Source: Cycas panzhihuaensis
Taxonomy: Eukaryota > Plantae > Cycadophyta
Assembly (NCBI GenBank): GCA_023213395.1
Contig: CM041465.1
Span: forward strand, 225,625,741-225,689,740
Direction: 5' to 3'
Length of the DNA stretch: 64,000 nucleotides
Of the stretch, positions 43,700-57,353 are shown piece by piece. The notes under the pieces were generated by a model. That model did no database searches. It had not been told where the DNA came from and worked only from the letters and a program-made list of their open reading frames with translations. Every line of letters begins with the position of its first letter. Position 1 is the first letter of the stretch. A program made the translations under genes and the position numbers.

Positions 43700-46600
43700 T
43701 GGGACTTAACATCCCTATTGTAAAAACTCACCCTTCTTAGAAATTAGTCATTTTATTTTGTGTTCTAAAATCTAAAGGTGATGATCTCCCATCAACTTTT
43801 GGGTTAAGAATATCTCTTCTTTCTCTTATTCACCTTTAAGTATTTAAGATCCATTAGAATTGAATGCAAATATCTTCGAGCATTTCACCTTCATGGCTGT
43901 ATCATCATAAGGTGAGAAAGTCCCAATCACTAACCTCTGATAAGGTAATCTAAGGTTTGATCTCTTTTGGATCTTTTCACTTATCAGTCCTCTCATTCTA
44001 TAAATAGCATGAAGTAACTTTTTGCCTTTTACTTTGGGGTAGAGGGCTAGGTTAGATCATACTATTAGGAGGTTTGACGTGATTAGAATTTAGGAAGATT
44101 ATGGCATCATCATTTAGGATAAGGGCCCTTATGATTCTTATATTCATTGAGATCCCTTATATATTATTTATCTCCCTAGGGAGAACTAGCTAGGATTGGT
44201 TTTTCTTTATCTCTTTCATTTTATTCTTGTTTATTACTTTGATTCTTAATTAGTTAGAAAACTAATTATTCATTAGTTGAAATCCATTCCTTTATATATA
44301 ACTTAGAAAGACATCTCCCTTTTAATCAAAAGGGAGTCCAAGATACTTTGAATTAATTCTTCTTATTTACTTTAGAGAGAATCCCTCATGCCATTTGAGG
44401 TTTGAAGATGGACCCACCTCGACATAATCAAAGAGAGAAGAAGAGTGGGATGAAGTGTTGACTAGGGAAACATTATCTTATTATGAATTAGTTTAGAAGA
44501 AAATTTCATAGTCAAGCTAGGAGAGGAGATTAAAACATAATTAGTGTATGAGTTTTGATATATTATTAGGGGTGAAGTCAATGAGGGGCTAAAGGCACCT
44601 TCATATTAATAGAGCTCATTTTTTATAGGGGGAGGAATACCCAAGATGGATCATAACCCTAGCTTGAGGGTTGGCAAAGACTAGCTTAGAGGACTACCAA
44701 GATTAGGTATGATCATATAAATCATGTTGAATTCTTACACTTAACCCTCTTCCTTAGTATGGAGTGATTTAGTAATAAAATATCAATTGAAGCCTAGAGA
44801 GTCAAAGGGTAAGAAAGTTTATCTTTCTTTATAGATGGTATTAATGAGGGGGATAGGCTACCTAACTAGTTTGCTCTTACACTTAACAATTTTAAGCTCA
44901 ATATTATAAATGAATTTGACCTCATTAAAAGGGAAAGAGTAAATAGAAAACATATGGCTAATCCAAGGTTGACCTAACAAGATATTATATTCAAGGTCAT
45001 GGTCAAGAATGGTAAGCTTTAGACATAACCACCATACCTTCAAATGTGAGTGAAAGGGTGACCTAAACTATGGGCACTTTCCAATTTTCATCATAACCTT
45101 GATATACTTGATAGGTTTAAATGTTGAAACCTCTAAATTTATAAGGAGTTAGAGAGGGATGAAATTAATAGATGGCCCTTCATTAATGATATATCTCTTA
45201 ATATTAATATCCTCTATCTAGATATCAACATAGAATGTGATGGTATCATTATGATTCTTCTCATCTTTACTCATCAACATGAAAAGGTCAATCTATAGAA
45301 AAGACTTAATAGGGGAACTAAGCCTTAGGACACCCAAGATATCAAGTAAGAGCTCTCTCTCGAGGAGATCCATAATATCTATCCTTATAGGAATAATTTT
45401 GACCTCTTCAACAAGCAAAAAGTAACCCTTTTTGGTGTATTAAGGAATAGACCTAAAGCAAATAGGTCTAATGGATAGTTATGGAGTAAGGTCCAAAGTC
45501 TAGAAAATAGAATCATTATTAAGAATTTCTCATAAGGTTTGGAATATGCAGAGACATTAGTAGCCTCCACCATATTGATAGTTTTCTTTGGTTTAGTTTT
45601 GGTTTTGTTCTGGGGTATCTCTTTTTTGGTGGCATCCTATTTAGAGGATAAGGAATACTTCTTCTTAGAATTTGAATTAGAGTCATTGAATTCATCATCA
45701 TCTTGGGCTCTACATTTATCGTTATCCTTAGGGCATCTACTACTATGATTAGAAAGAGGGTCTTTGTGGATTAATCAATCCTAGTTGGGTCAAGAAATAA
45801 GCTTTTTATTAGATTAACTATATATTTCATTGCCTTGACCTTATAATAAGCTTCATAATTATGAATGTTAGATTGATGGTAGGAACACCATGGTATTCAC
45901 TTAGGGGGTTGGTCCTTAGGATCTTAATCCTTTTTCTAATCAATATAATGGATCACTTTCATCTCTCTATTTATTTTTTCGTCTAAAGAGGAGCCAATGT
46001 GAAGATTGATATTTATGGACCTCTCTAGGGCCTAAACAATAGATGTTAGGCGATCACAAGTATAATCACCATAGGAAAGCTTAATCTTTTGGGTATAGTC
46101 AAGTTTATCTTTAGACTAGAAGGGCTTACCCAATTTTTTGACTCTAGCTTAGGTCTTGAAAGGTTTGAGAGCCAAATATTTCTCAATGGCTTTATTGTAG
46201 GATGTGGATATTAACTTGAGAACCTTGAGATAAACTTAAAGTTTTAAAGTATTTATAAACACATATAAAGGAAAGCCATTATCTAGAGAAGCTAAGCACG
46301 AATACATTAGATCTTGGAAACAATAAATAAAATTGTGAGAGGACTCACCATTTCCTTAAATTACTGAAGAAGTTCTTTTGTTCTTGTCTCAAAAGGGTGA
46401 GCTATATTGAAATAACCAATGAAGGTTTTGACTAATTACCTCTAAGATGGTATAACCACTTCAAATCATTACCTTAAAGTGTCTTATGGAAAAGCCTTAT
46501 TATTATACAATTATATAGTAGGTAATCTGTATATACTAGAGAGAAGGCTTGAACATGCCCAGTTAGATCTTGTTTAGATTCACCACTAAATTAAAGTAAT

Positions 46601-46700
46601 CCAATAATGAAATGGGGTAGGCCATAAAGAAGGACCTCTTATAAGAAGGTATTGTTGTTATAGTAACATATGACCTCCTTACCCTAACTGATGTGGTTGC
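43700..46700 (-). pseudogene. Decayed non-chromovirus gypsy gag-protease with a possible integrase tail
   Basis: YNILLGQPWISHM protease end; TLKGNDLKWLYHL gag; WCSYHQSNIHN knuckle; no RT motifs recognised. Confidence 0.7.
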
Positions 46701-46776
46701 ATAAGAGTTTTGTTATAGTGGAACCAAATTTATAGGTGCCTCACCATAGATGGCACACACTAAAAGAGAATTAGAA

Positions 46777-47096
46777 TGTTGTAATAAAGAAATAAGGTAA
46801 GGCCTAGAAGCAGGCAATTTAGGTGGAAAAACCCTTTCGGGAAAAAACCCACCACAAAAGGATCATTGATGGATCACTTGATTATTTCACAATGAATTGA
46901 TACAATGATTCTTAGATGTTGAATATACAAGGCCTCAAGGCATTTATACTCTCCCAAGAGGTATCACTCGATAAGGGTTGTGACCCTCTAAATAAGTTAC
47001 ACCTTTTTGTCTTCACAGCTTTTCACTTAATTAAACCCCGTTAACATTAACTAAGTAGCTTAATAATTAACTGCCATGTTAACATAGACCCCCCTA
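46777..47096 (-). mobile_element. 3' LTR (46777-47084) with PPT of a truncated element
   Basis: TGTTG...TTAACA followed by tagacccccct; gtggaaaaaccc..gggaaaaaaccc LTR motif. Confidence 0.7.
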
Positions 47097-47109
47097 GTTT
47101 GCTTTGCAT

Positions 47110-49856
47110 GTGACCTCGGTCTTAAGATAATTAAGAGTTATTTTCATCTTTTTTTTAAAGTTTTCTTTTTGACCTTGGGTGCCTTCATTAATAGATGAGT
47201 ATTTACTAAGTGTTTGAGGTCTACTACCCTTACAAACATTTATTTTTTTGTTCAAAGTAGTTCCATATGATTGTGCACCTTATTTTTCAAAAGGGGATAA
47301 CTTGCTTTATTAAATGTTTCTTTATATTTTTTTCTTAAGAGACCCTGTCATATTTAATGGTGTAACTCATCTTTGACTTATCAATTTTCACTGAAACTAG
47401 TCTCATTATGACTAAATTTTAGAGCACTATAGTGTGGTATCATTACTTGTTAAATTTGAAATTGTTTTAGCTAAGTTTTAATTGGTCAAAGTGACTCCTT
47501 TTTTCCATTGTTATCTTATTAGCCATAAAGAGGCTTAGTTACGTTTTCTGCAATAACTTTGTCATATCAACTCCGTTTCTTGAATTGTTAGATTCGTCAG
47601 AAAGGTATTTTAGAATACTATAAGTTAGAATCAAATTTATTATATTTTAATATCATTTTGTAGGCTTTTAAAGCTGATCAGCTTAGGATTCTTGTTTAGC
47701 CCTAAACAAGCTTATTTTGTAATATTTTTTTAACTATTTCATTCTTTTAAATAATTATATTTGAAGCATTATTTATTTCTAGTCGATTCTTAGAGTTATT
47801 ATTGGTCTTTGTATATACTCTAAGCTATTTTGTAGCCAATTAATATCGTTTCAACACCTTAAGCTTCAAGTAACCTAAGTGGTGCAAAATCGATAAATGG
47901 ATACTATCAATATTAAATATATTTCATTTCTTATATTATTAATCAAATATATACAGTTTTTTAGAATTTTTTATTACTTTGAGCAAAGATTCTTCTTATA
48001 AATTTTAAGTTTCATATAGCTATTCTTGTTTTACAAAGGAATAAATTGGCATTCATATTGTCTTACATATTAGGCAAGAAAACATCTTATTTTTAGCAAA
48101 GGCTATAGTTCTTTTGTCAACTTGAAAGCTACAAAGCTTAGCTGCAAAACTTCATTGATTATTTAACTCAAAAACTAGTTTTCATTTCAAAGCATTAAAA
48201 GATCTCTTATTACATTGTATTCAAGAGGAGCATATAGTTTCTTGTCTTTTTTATAAATATATCAATTTGAAAGAACTAGTTTGCATACTGGCTTCTGTTC
48301 CTTGGTTTACATAAAAGAAGAAAAGCATATTGATCACCTTCTACTTATAATCATTATGACTTGACAAAGAGTTTACATCATCCCTTCATTTGAAGATTAC
48401 CCATTTATTTAAAGCCACATTTCTAGTCATGTACTAAAGCTATTTAGATAATGGCATTGTATCTAAGCAATATTAATTTTCTAATATTTGATGGTAATGA
48501 TTTTCAATTTTGAATGACTACTATGAAAGCATACCTAATTTCAAATAACCTTTGGAGGTATATCAAGGATGGATATGAACCTAATAATAAAGAAGACTTA
48601 AAAAGGGATAATGAAGTCCTTACACTCTTATTTTATAGAATAGATGATAATATATTTTCTAATATCTTAGATATAACTACATCTAAATTAGTATGGAACA
48701 TATTTGATTTACTTTATGGGGGAGATTCCCTATATTTTAATTTTACTAACTATATTGATGGCACTTTTCCTGTGAGGCAAATGGTAGAGTAGGTACATCA
48801 TGAAGAAAAGATTAATATTTCTTGTATTAATATATAATTTCATTAAAAATAATGATTCTAATATTACATTTGATGAAATGATATATATTAAGGACTCAAC
48901 TCAAATAAAGGTCAAAGATCACAATAAAGTCATTTCCATTCCTATAAATCAAGCTACATATACAACACCTACTTCAAAGCTACTCTCACTACACATTATT
49001 AGAGAGATACACTTTATTGGAAAGATGACCAAGTAAGTTGTTGTTTACTTCATCAAGCATGTTGATCACTAAACTAAATGATAAGTTTTCAAAGTCATTT
49101 TTAAATAAAGGTACCATAAGTTTAAGGATAAATAAAAAATGATGGTGATGACCATTAAGGGGGAGTATGTTGGGGTTAATGCTCACCACCCCACTCCCAC
49201 CTTTTACACATGTGAGTGCACACATGTTAAGGTAAGCTAGGTAAGGTTAATTTTAACTTGAGTTAAATATTATTTTATTGTTGTTTGAATATTGGAGGTT
49301 GAGGAGGTTTCCCTCCTCCCTCACAACTATATATTATTAGGGTTATTCAACCCTAGTGTCTTTTGACACCACTAATATTTAGAAACTTATTGTATTCCTT
49401 CAAAATGGATTAAATAATATTGATATTTACTTATGTTTTTCTCAATATAGATTGATGTGCATACCTGATATGCTCTGCTCTCCTTGTATTATTAGAGTAT
49501 CTCGCCATACCCCCATGTGTTTCTAACCTATCCTTAATTAACTCCACAAGTGTCCTCAACCTAGGTCAAGCTTGATATATCTGTGGGTTATAGTGAGATC
49601 AATTCCACCTGAGTCTTTTGATTTAATAGCAACTTCAATATGATATCAGAGCCTAGGCCAATATTTGAATCACCTCAAGTTTGGCATGGGAGCGAGTGTT
49701 GGAGTATCCCATCAGACCCTTGGGAGTTTGCAATCCATCCTTAATTAACTTCATGGGTGTCCTCGACCTAGGTTGAGCTTGACATATCTATGGGTTATGG
49801 CGAGATCAATTCCACCTAAGTCTTTTGGTTTAATGATGACTTCGACAATATTTTCA
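47110..49856 (+). mobile_element. 5'-truncated gag-only element related to 31850-37668 (gag 48451-48792, PPT ~49156, 3' LTR from 49168)
   Basis: IFDGNDFQF*..MKAYLISNNLWRY..TTSKLVW..YGGD parallels the 32473 gag; LTR shares ggttgag.agtttccctcctccc and aaccctagtgtc with the reverse complement of 37208-37668. Confidence 0.85.
49490..49847 (+). mobile_element. 358-bp TRIM (151-bp LTRs, 56-bp internal region) inserted in an LTR
   Basis: Direct repeats 49490-49640 and 49697-49847; PBS tgatatcagagcc at 49641; PPT gggagcgag; imperfect TSD gtat/atat. Confidence 0.9.
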
Positions 49857-51239
49857 CGATATGTTACTTATATTTTCATTATACTGTTAATTTATTAAGT
49901 TGATTCTTCCCTTTCTCCTACCTAATCTTCTATCTTATCTTAATGAATTTCTAATTTAGCTATGATTTCCTAAGTTCTATTGTTAATTTATTAATAAAAT
50001 TTTTCATAGTCTTCCTCTTGACATTTATTCTTAAAATTCATAAAGGCTTCATCAAAGGTAGATTCACTAGTGTAATCATTCTAGTACTCAAGCCACTACC
50101 TTTTAATTTGTTCATTAAAGAGTATAAGAAATCTTCTTGAGAAGAGTTCCCACTTAATCCAATAAGATATATTAGAGGCTTGTTTACAAACCTTTCTATT
50201 TATATATAGTTTAATAATTGGATAAATTTTATATTTTAGTAATTTTAAAACATGCTTCGACCTTATCAAGTTATTCTATGAGTTATACTTCTCCCTTCCT
50301 AGTAAAAATAAGGATATTTAACTCTATTATTAAATATTAAATTTGAATAATAATTACTATGTTAAAATAGATCTAAAATATATTAAATAATATCCAAAAT
50401 AATGGCCTCTAAATTAAGACTTTGATGTTTTAGATAAAATTAAATTCTAATATTTACAATAAAAGTTATGGCCATTTTAAGATGGGTCATGATTAAGGTT
50501 TTTAAGGACTATAATAGTACTTGTTAATAAATTGCCAATAACTTTTTACTTTGATATTCAATAAATTTGGAACTATTTTAACAAAAAATTGATGTTAATA
50601 TACATAAATTTTAAAAAGAAAAATTAAGGTTAATTGACTACCTGTAACTAAAGTTATAACTATTTGAAGTTGTAATAATAGATTTTAGGTCCTAATGACA
50701 ATAACAGATAGTATGTTAAAACTAAATTTCCTATATTTTTTATAATTTTGCTCTAAAACTTATGGCATAATGCCTCAAAATTTATAAAATAAGCCTAGTC
50801 AACTCAAATTTATGATTTTTTTTTTAATTCTTTCATTTATACTCCTAAAAATGTAGATTCTTGATGTACAAAAAATAAAGCCCTAATACCACTTAAAGTA
50901 ATTCTAAGTTGGATCTACTTATTCAAACATAAAAAAAGTTGAAATAAAAGCTAAATAAGTAAAATTGTCCTAGGTACTAAGTACCAAATAGAATTAAGAT
51001 TAACCAAAAAATAAAACTTACATAATAAGTTAGAGGTCTCCTCTATTTATAAGTGCCAATATGGCTCCCTATTAAAAAACTAACTTTAATAATAATATTA
51101 ATAATAAAATACTAACTTCATAATATAAAAAGTTAACTTCATATTAATTTAAAAGTACTACTCCCTACTACTAATAATAATAATGACTTCTAATAAAATA
51201 CCAACTTCTCCTTAATGGAATATGATCACTATGTTTCCA

Positions 51240-52560
51240 ATAGGTAATTCGACCAAATCCCATCCGTGGTTCTTCTTGATAACTTGGATTTCAAAATCTA
51301 TAATATAATTTTACTTCTCCTCTTTGATGATTTCTTCAATTGTGGATGGTTCATCAACATCTAAAACACATACCATAAGAGACTTATGTACTTAAAATGA
51401 CCCATTTGTTTATGCCATAACTTTTGTTTTAGAAATATAGTAATGAATGCTCTTTACATTTTAGAGTTTCTATGAATAATTTTCTCTAAACCCTTTGGCT
51501 ACAACCTTATTTTATTTGTCTCAAACTATGTATTATACTTAAGTAAAGATAATGATCATATCTTATTATTCAATTTCACCAACTAAAACAAGATTCTACT
51601 TCAGATTTAGTATATACAAAACATTATCTACATATCACCATTCACTATTTAGCATGATGAATAGTACCTTTTAAACTCTAGTGGCCTCTAAATTAGTTTC
51701 ATCCTCAATGGTGACCTTCTAATCCACTTCCTATATCTAGTAGAACCATTTTAACATTTTAGACATATGTATTGATGTACCAGAATCAATAAATTAGGCA
51801 TTTTATACATCATGTCCCATCTTATATATAACAAAAAATAATCACTTTAATAATCTCAACAAGTGTGTCCTTTGCTACGTTTGTAACATGATCATGTTAT
51901 CTAAATAATCATTATCATCATTATTACTACTTCTACTATTAGGGTTATTTTTTAGGCTATTATTATTGTTCTTATATCTACCATTCTTAACAATCCTTTT
52001 TAATATATACCAACTTCCCAAAATGATAATATTTTGGTCTATATTATCTCTTTGTTTCTCTTGGTTTATCCTTTTAAACTACAAGTTTGAAAAGGTATAT
52101 TCTTCTTTGAAATATAGGGCATCTTCCCTTTTTATTTAGATGTTAGTGCTATAGATGATTCTTTATGCATCTGCTTTAGTTTTTACTCATAATCCATAAG
52201 TAGGGATTCTAAGGCACCAATATCCAAAGTGGATAATTTATCGGACAATGTTAATATGATTAAGAAGTTCTTATACTAGAGTAGTAAACTCCTTGGAATA
52301 TTGGTTATGATCTCTTAATCAGGCATAATCTCACCTATAATCAATACATAATCCTATATCAACCTTACATTTCTCATATGTTTTATAATGTTGCCTATTA
52401 TTTTCAAATTATACAATTGACTTTATAGGTTCAAGACTCTCATGTTATCCTTATATTCATATGAGTTATAAAAGAGATAAAGAGAATATTTTTATGAAAT
52501 AAAGAGAATATTTTTATGAATGTATTGTCTAGAAAATATAAGGTATCATCGTTAACTACC
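51240..52560 (-). pseudogene. Decayed copia gag-protease
   Basis: Minus strand A*FIDSGTSIHM (~51770-51800); YYHFGKLVY knuckle relic (~52010). Confidence 0.7.
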
Positions 52561-52629
52561 ATGTCTATAATAGCCCCCACATGGATAACCACAATACAAT
52601 AGGAATATGTAGATAATCTATCAACTAAC

Positions 52630-54050
52630 AAAATATTTTAGCAAATTCAAAATAATGTGTAGCATTAGGATAAGAGATTCAAATACAAGAATAATACTCT
52701 TTGGTATAAGGATCATATATACTTAGCACTTAATTTTACATTTAAAACTATACTACAAGTATATCATTCTACACTAGTTGCTAGTCATGTTGGAATAGAC
52801 AAAACTTATGGAAATGTTAAGTATATTTTCTATTAAAGGGAAATGGAAAAAGGCATTCATTAGTTTATAATTGAGTATGATAGCTATTAGAGAAAGAAAT
52901 AAAAAATAGTTAAGACCCCTAATCTTTTATAACCATAATATATTCTAAAAAAAAAAAATGGGAAGAAATATATATGGATTTTATCATAGGATTACCAAAT
53001 TTGTAAGACAAGAATGTGATTATAGTAGTTGTTGATCAACTTACTAAATATGTCCACTTTAAAGGAATACAAATCAACACTTGAGTCTAGCTAAATCACA
53101 AAGGCTTTATAAAATAAATCCATTAATTACATAGGTTCCCAAAGGTCATTATTCATGATCATAAATCAAAGTTTGTGAGTAATTTTTTTAGAGAAACATT
53201 TAATCTATTAGGACCCAAGTTAAATATAAGCACAAACTACCATCCTTAAATAGATGATTAAACAAAAGTGGTGAATAAATACCTAAAATAATACCTTAAA
53301 TATTTCACATTAGAGAAATACACTCATTGGCATAAATGGTTGCACCTCATTGAAAGGTGGTACAACACTGCATATCACTTAATTGCATAAATGTCACCCT
53401 CTAAGGCACTCTATAATTATGATATACTATCTCTAATTCACTTAGTTTATGTAGTCAAAAGTCTTGGTAGTAAAGGACCAAATGGATAAGATGGAAATTA
53501 TTCTTTATAGCCTCAAAGATAACTTAAATACTATAAAGAATAAGATGAAACAAGAATAGGACTTACATTATTTCAAAAGATAATTTGCCCTGGAGGATTG
53601 GGTATTTTTAACATTGTATACTTATAAATAAGCTCCCTTAAGAAAATCTAATAATTAAAAAATTAAAAAAAAACACCTAAATTCTATGGCCTATTTCAAG
53701 TTTAGTAAAAAATTGGTGAAGGTTCTAACTAATAGGATTTGCCTAATGGTCATATATATAATGTTTTCTATATATTATGTCTAAAGAAGAAAATTAGAGA
53801 AAGTTCTCACCTTAAATGTCCCTACCAATGTTGGATAATGAAGGTTCCCTCTTTATGCAACTTAAGAAGATTATTGGCATGAGGACAAAGTAATCAAGGA
53901 ATAAATAGATCAAATAATACCTAAGCAAATGGAAGGATATGAGCACCAAAGATGCAAGATAGGAAGACAAAAATTGGTACTAACAAAACATGTAAGTTCT
54001 AATGCTTTGAAGGCAAATCATCTCTTGAGAGGGAGGATTTGTTATAAACC
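52630..54050 (+). pseudogene. Decayed Reina-like chromovirus integrase-chromodomain, PPT and LTR start
   Basis: WYKDHIYL; WEEIYMDFIIGLP; VVVDQLTKYVHF; PKFYGLFQ; PPT gagagggagga followed by TGTTATAA. Confidence 0.88.
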
Positions 54051-54889
54051 AACACTATATGAAAGATCGTATCCCTTGTTATGAACTGACACCATATAAA
54101 TATCCAAGTCCTTTCAAAGACCCATTCATGGGCATTTATAGCAAGTAAGATCAATATGAGATCATTAGTTGGAAATATCTTTGAGCTTCCACTATGTTAG
54201 AGGTAATTGTAGATAGTGGTGATTCCTAAAAGAACCCTCCCCTCAAAGAGGACTAGTATTCTTTATTTTTATACTTTTTCTATACTATTTTTTACTATTA
54301 TTTAATATCGATCTTATTAGTTTATGATCATTCATGTTAGGGAATGTTACTGAACCCATAGGATTTGTAACAAAATTGTATAATAAAATTTATAACTAAT
54401 GTATTTATAAATTTATATGAAATAAAAATATAATCAAATGATGACTTAAAGGACTAAGTGCATTTCATATAAGAATCATAATCAATTAAAACTAAGATAT
54501 TCATCATTATCTATGGTGGGATAAAATATGTATCAATAACCCTAATATGTCTATGTTAATAGAATCATGGTTTCACCCTTATCCTTTCTTATTGCCATTA
54601 TTAGTTAACTATACAAATGTGCCACCAATGCATTAGGCCTTATACTATGAACCATAGCTTTTTTTTATAGAAAATAATAGTAATTGGCAGTTAATGAAAT
54701 TTATAGTAGAGAGAAATAAAGCTTTGTAATCTTCTTCAAAGTGGGGGTTCCTCCATGAATTCTCTCCTACCTGTAGATTCCTCAATAGCCAAAGGTCTTC
54801 CAAAATATCCACGATGCCATAATACAAACCAAATGTCCCCTTAAATACTCTAAAAAAGGGAGTTTAATTTTTAAAAGTTGACTTATAAT

Positions 54890-57320
54890 AAGTACCCCTT
54901 CTAAATAGAAGTGCTTTGCCCTCAAAGCATCAAAACCTATAGGTTCTCTTGATACAAATCTTCATCTTTCCATGTAGCATCTTTGGTATTACTATCCTTC
55001 CATTTTATGAAATATGCCCTAATTTTTTTGTTCTTTAGGTGCCTTATCTAGTGTTAATAATCCTTTTAGGTTGCATAATAAGGGAACCTTCTTCATATAA
55101 CATTAGCAGTGAGGTTTGAGGCATGATATTTTCTTTAATTTTCTTTTTCATATAGGACACAAAAAATATGGTGTATATGACAATTAGGTAGATCTAGCTA
55201 GTAAGCAAACTTTTAAATCTTTTATTGAACTCTAAATGGACTATAGAATTTGGGTTGAAGCTTTTGTTTACTATATTTTTTAAAGAAGCTTGCTTGTATG
55301 GCTGCAATACCAAAAATAACCAATCATCAATCACAAACTCTCTTTCTAAATAATGAAAGTTCTGTTGTTATTTCATTGTATTTATTATTGAATTTAGGTT
55401 ATCTTTAAGGATATAAAGTATACTTTCCATCTTATCCATGTGTTACTCCACTATGAGAACTTATGACTATGAAATTATATGAATAGGAGATCATAGGTCA
55501 TAGCCAAAAAGTACTTTAAAGGGAGACATTTGAGTGGCAAAGTGATATTTAGAGTTGTACTACCATTTGGTTAGTTATGACTACTTATATTAGCGAGACT
55601 ATTTATCTAATTTACAACACATGAGGCACCCTTCTAAATATTTATTTATTGCTTTTGTCTATCCATGTGTATGTGGGTGGTAAGTAGTTCTCATATTTAA
55701 TTTGTCTTAGACTAAATTGAATATTTTCCTCCAAAAATTGTTGTATACTTTGGGTCTTAATTAGATGCAATGACTCTTGGAAATCCATGTAACTAGCATA
55801 TTTCTTTTATGAACATGTTTGTAATTTGTCTAGCTTTGAATGTTAATTATATACCCATAAAATATCATACTTGATTAGATGATCAACAACCACCATTATC
55901 ATATTATTTCCTTTCAAGTTTGGTAACCCTCTAAAGTCCATATATATTTCTTCTCCAGATAATATAATGACAATAACGAGCTAAGTGACTTAATTATTTC
56001 TTACTTCTTTCTTTGATAAGTATCACATTCAGTTATAAATTAATAGATATCTTATTTCATTCCTCTTTAAAATAAAGATTACTTAATATTCTTATATCTT
56101 TTTTCTAACCTAACATGACTAACAATAGGGCTAGAGTGACATTCCTGAAGTACAATTTCCTTGAATATCAATATGGATGCTAGGGAAATATGATCCTTTT
56201 ACCAAATCATATTATTTTTCTATTCATATCTCTTATCCTATAGTTGCAAATTATTTTGTACTTGTTGAATCAACTCTTAAGTTGTTAGATCCTTAGTATA
56301 TTCTTATTGTATTATGATGACCCATGTAGGAGCTATTATAAATATACTAAATAATCATTCATCCTTTTGATATAATACATCTATAATGACATTTTCTTTG
56401 CCCCTTTTACAAACTATTTCAAAATCAAAGGCATGTAATTTGCTTACGCATCTTTGTTATTACTCTAATAAGGTTGGTTTCTTTAGGAAGTGTTTGAGAC
56501 TATCATGATCTATTGTGATTTAAAATTTATTACCCAATATGTATTACCACCATTTCATAATTGCATGAATTATAGCCAATATTTTCTATTCATATATATG
56601 CTATAGTTTCTCTTTCCCTTTAAATTTGCAACTTTCACATGTAATAGGTTGATTGTTTTGTATTATGACAACACCTAATTCTTCCCCTAATTTATCATAT
56701 TCTACTATGAATATCTACTAGATATCTAGCATAGAAAGGATAGGTAGTGTTATTATAACTTTCTTGAGATCATTAAATGATTTATGTGCTCGATCATCCT
56801 ATTTAAATACATCCTTCTTTATTAAGTCTAAAAGGGAAGTTGTTATATGCCTATAACCTTTAATAAATCTTCTACATAACCTTGTGTCTCTCAAGAATCC
56901 CTTTACCTTATTATATTTATAGGTGTTGGATAGTTTAGTATTGCTTTTACTTTCTTTAGATCCATTATGAATTTATCATTAGAGATAATATGGCCAAGAT
57001 GTTCCACTTCTTATCTCTTAAAAGTATACTTAACATGGTTGGAAAATAAAGAATTATCTTAGAGAGTTTGCAGTACTTGGTAGGCATGACATATATGTTC
57101 TTCATAACTCTTACTATAAATTAGGATATCATAAAAGAATGATAATATAAATTTTCAGAGATAGGGATGAAGAACATTATTTATGTTGGCTTGAAATATA
57201 CCTAACATATTTGTCAATATGAAAGGCATGACTTTAAACTCATAATACCCCTCATGAGTGTGAAATGTTATTTTTATTATATCTTGCACCCTAATTATTG
57301 GTTTATAAAAGATCCATAGG
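54890..57320 (-). pseudogene. Decayed Reina-like chromovirus RT-RNaseH-IN-chromodomain
   Basis: [20 protein letters not shown]; colinear with the 61204-64000 copy; many stops. Confidence 0.9.
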
Positions 57321-57353
57321 TATGACATGTAATCATACATTAGAAAGAGGGGA

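Noticed and set aside
50881-51215. Shared LTR between tandem elements (degenerate PBS ccctaatacca, PPT ttctcctta)
   Set aside because: Termini too decayed and no second copy to confirm
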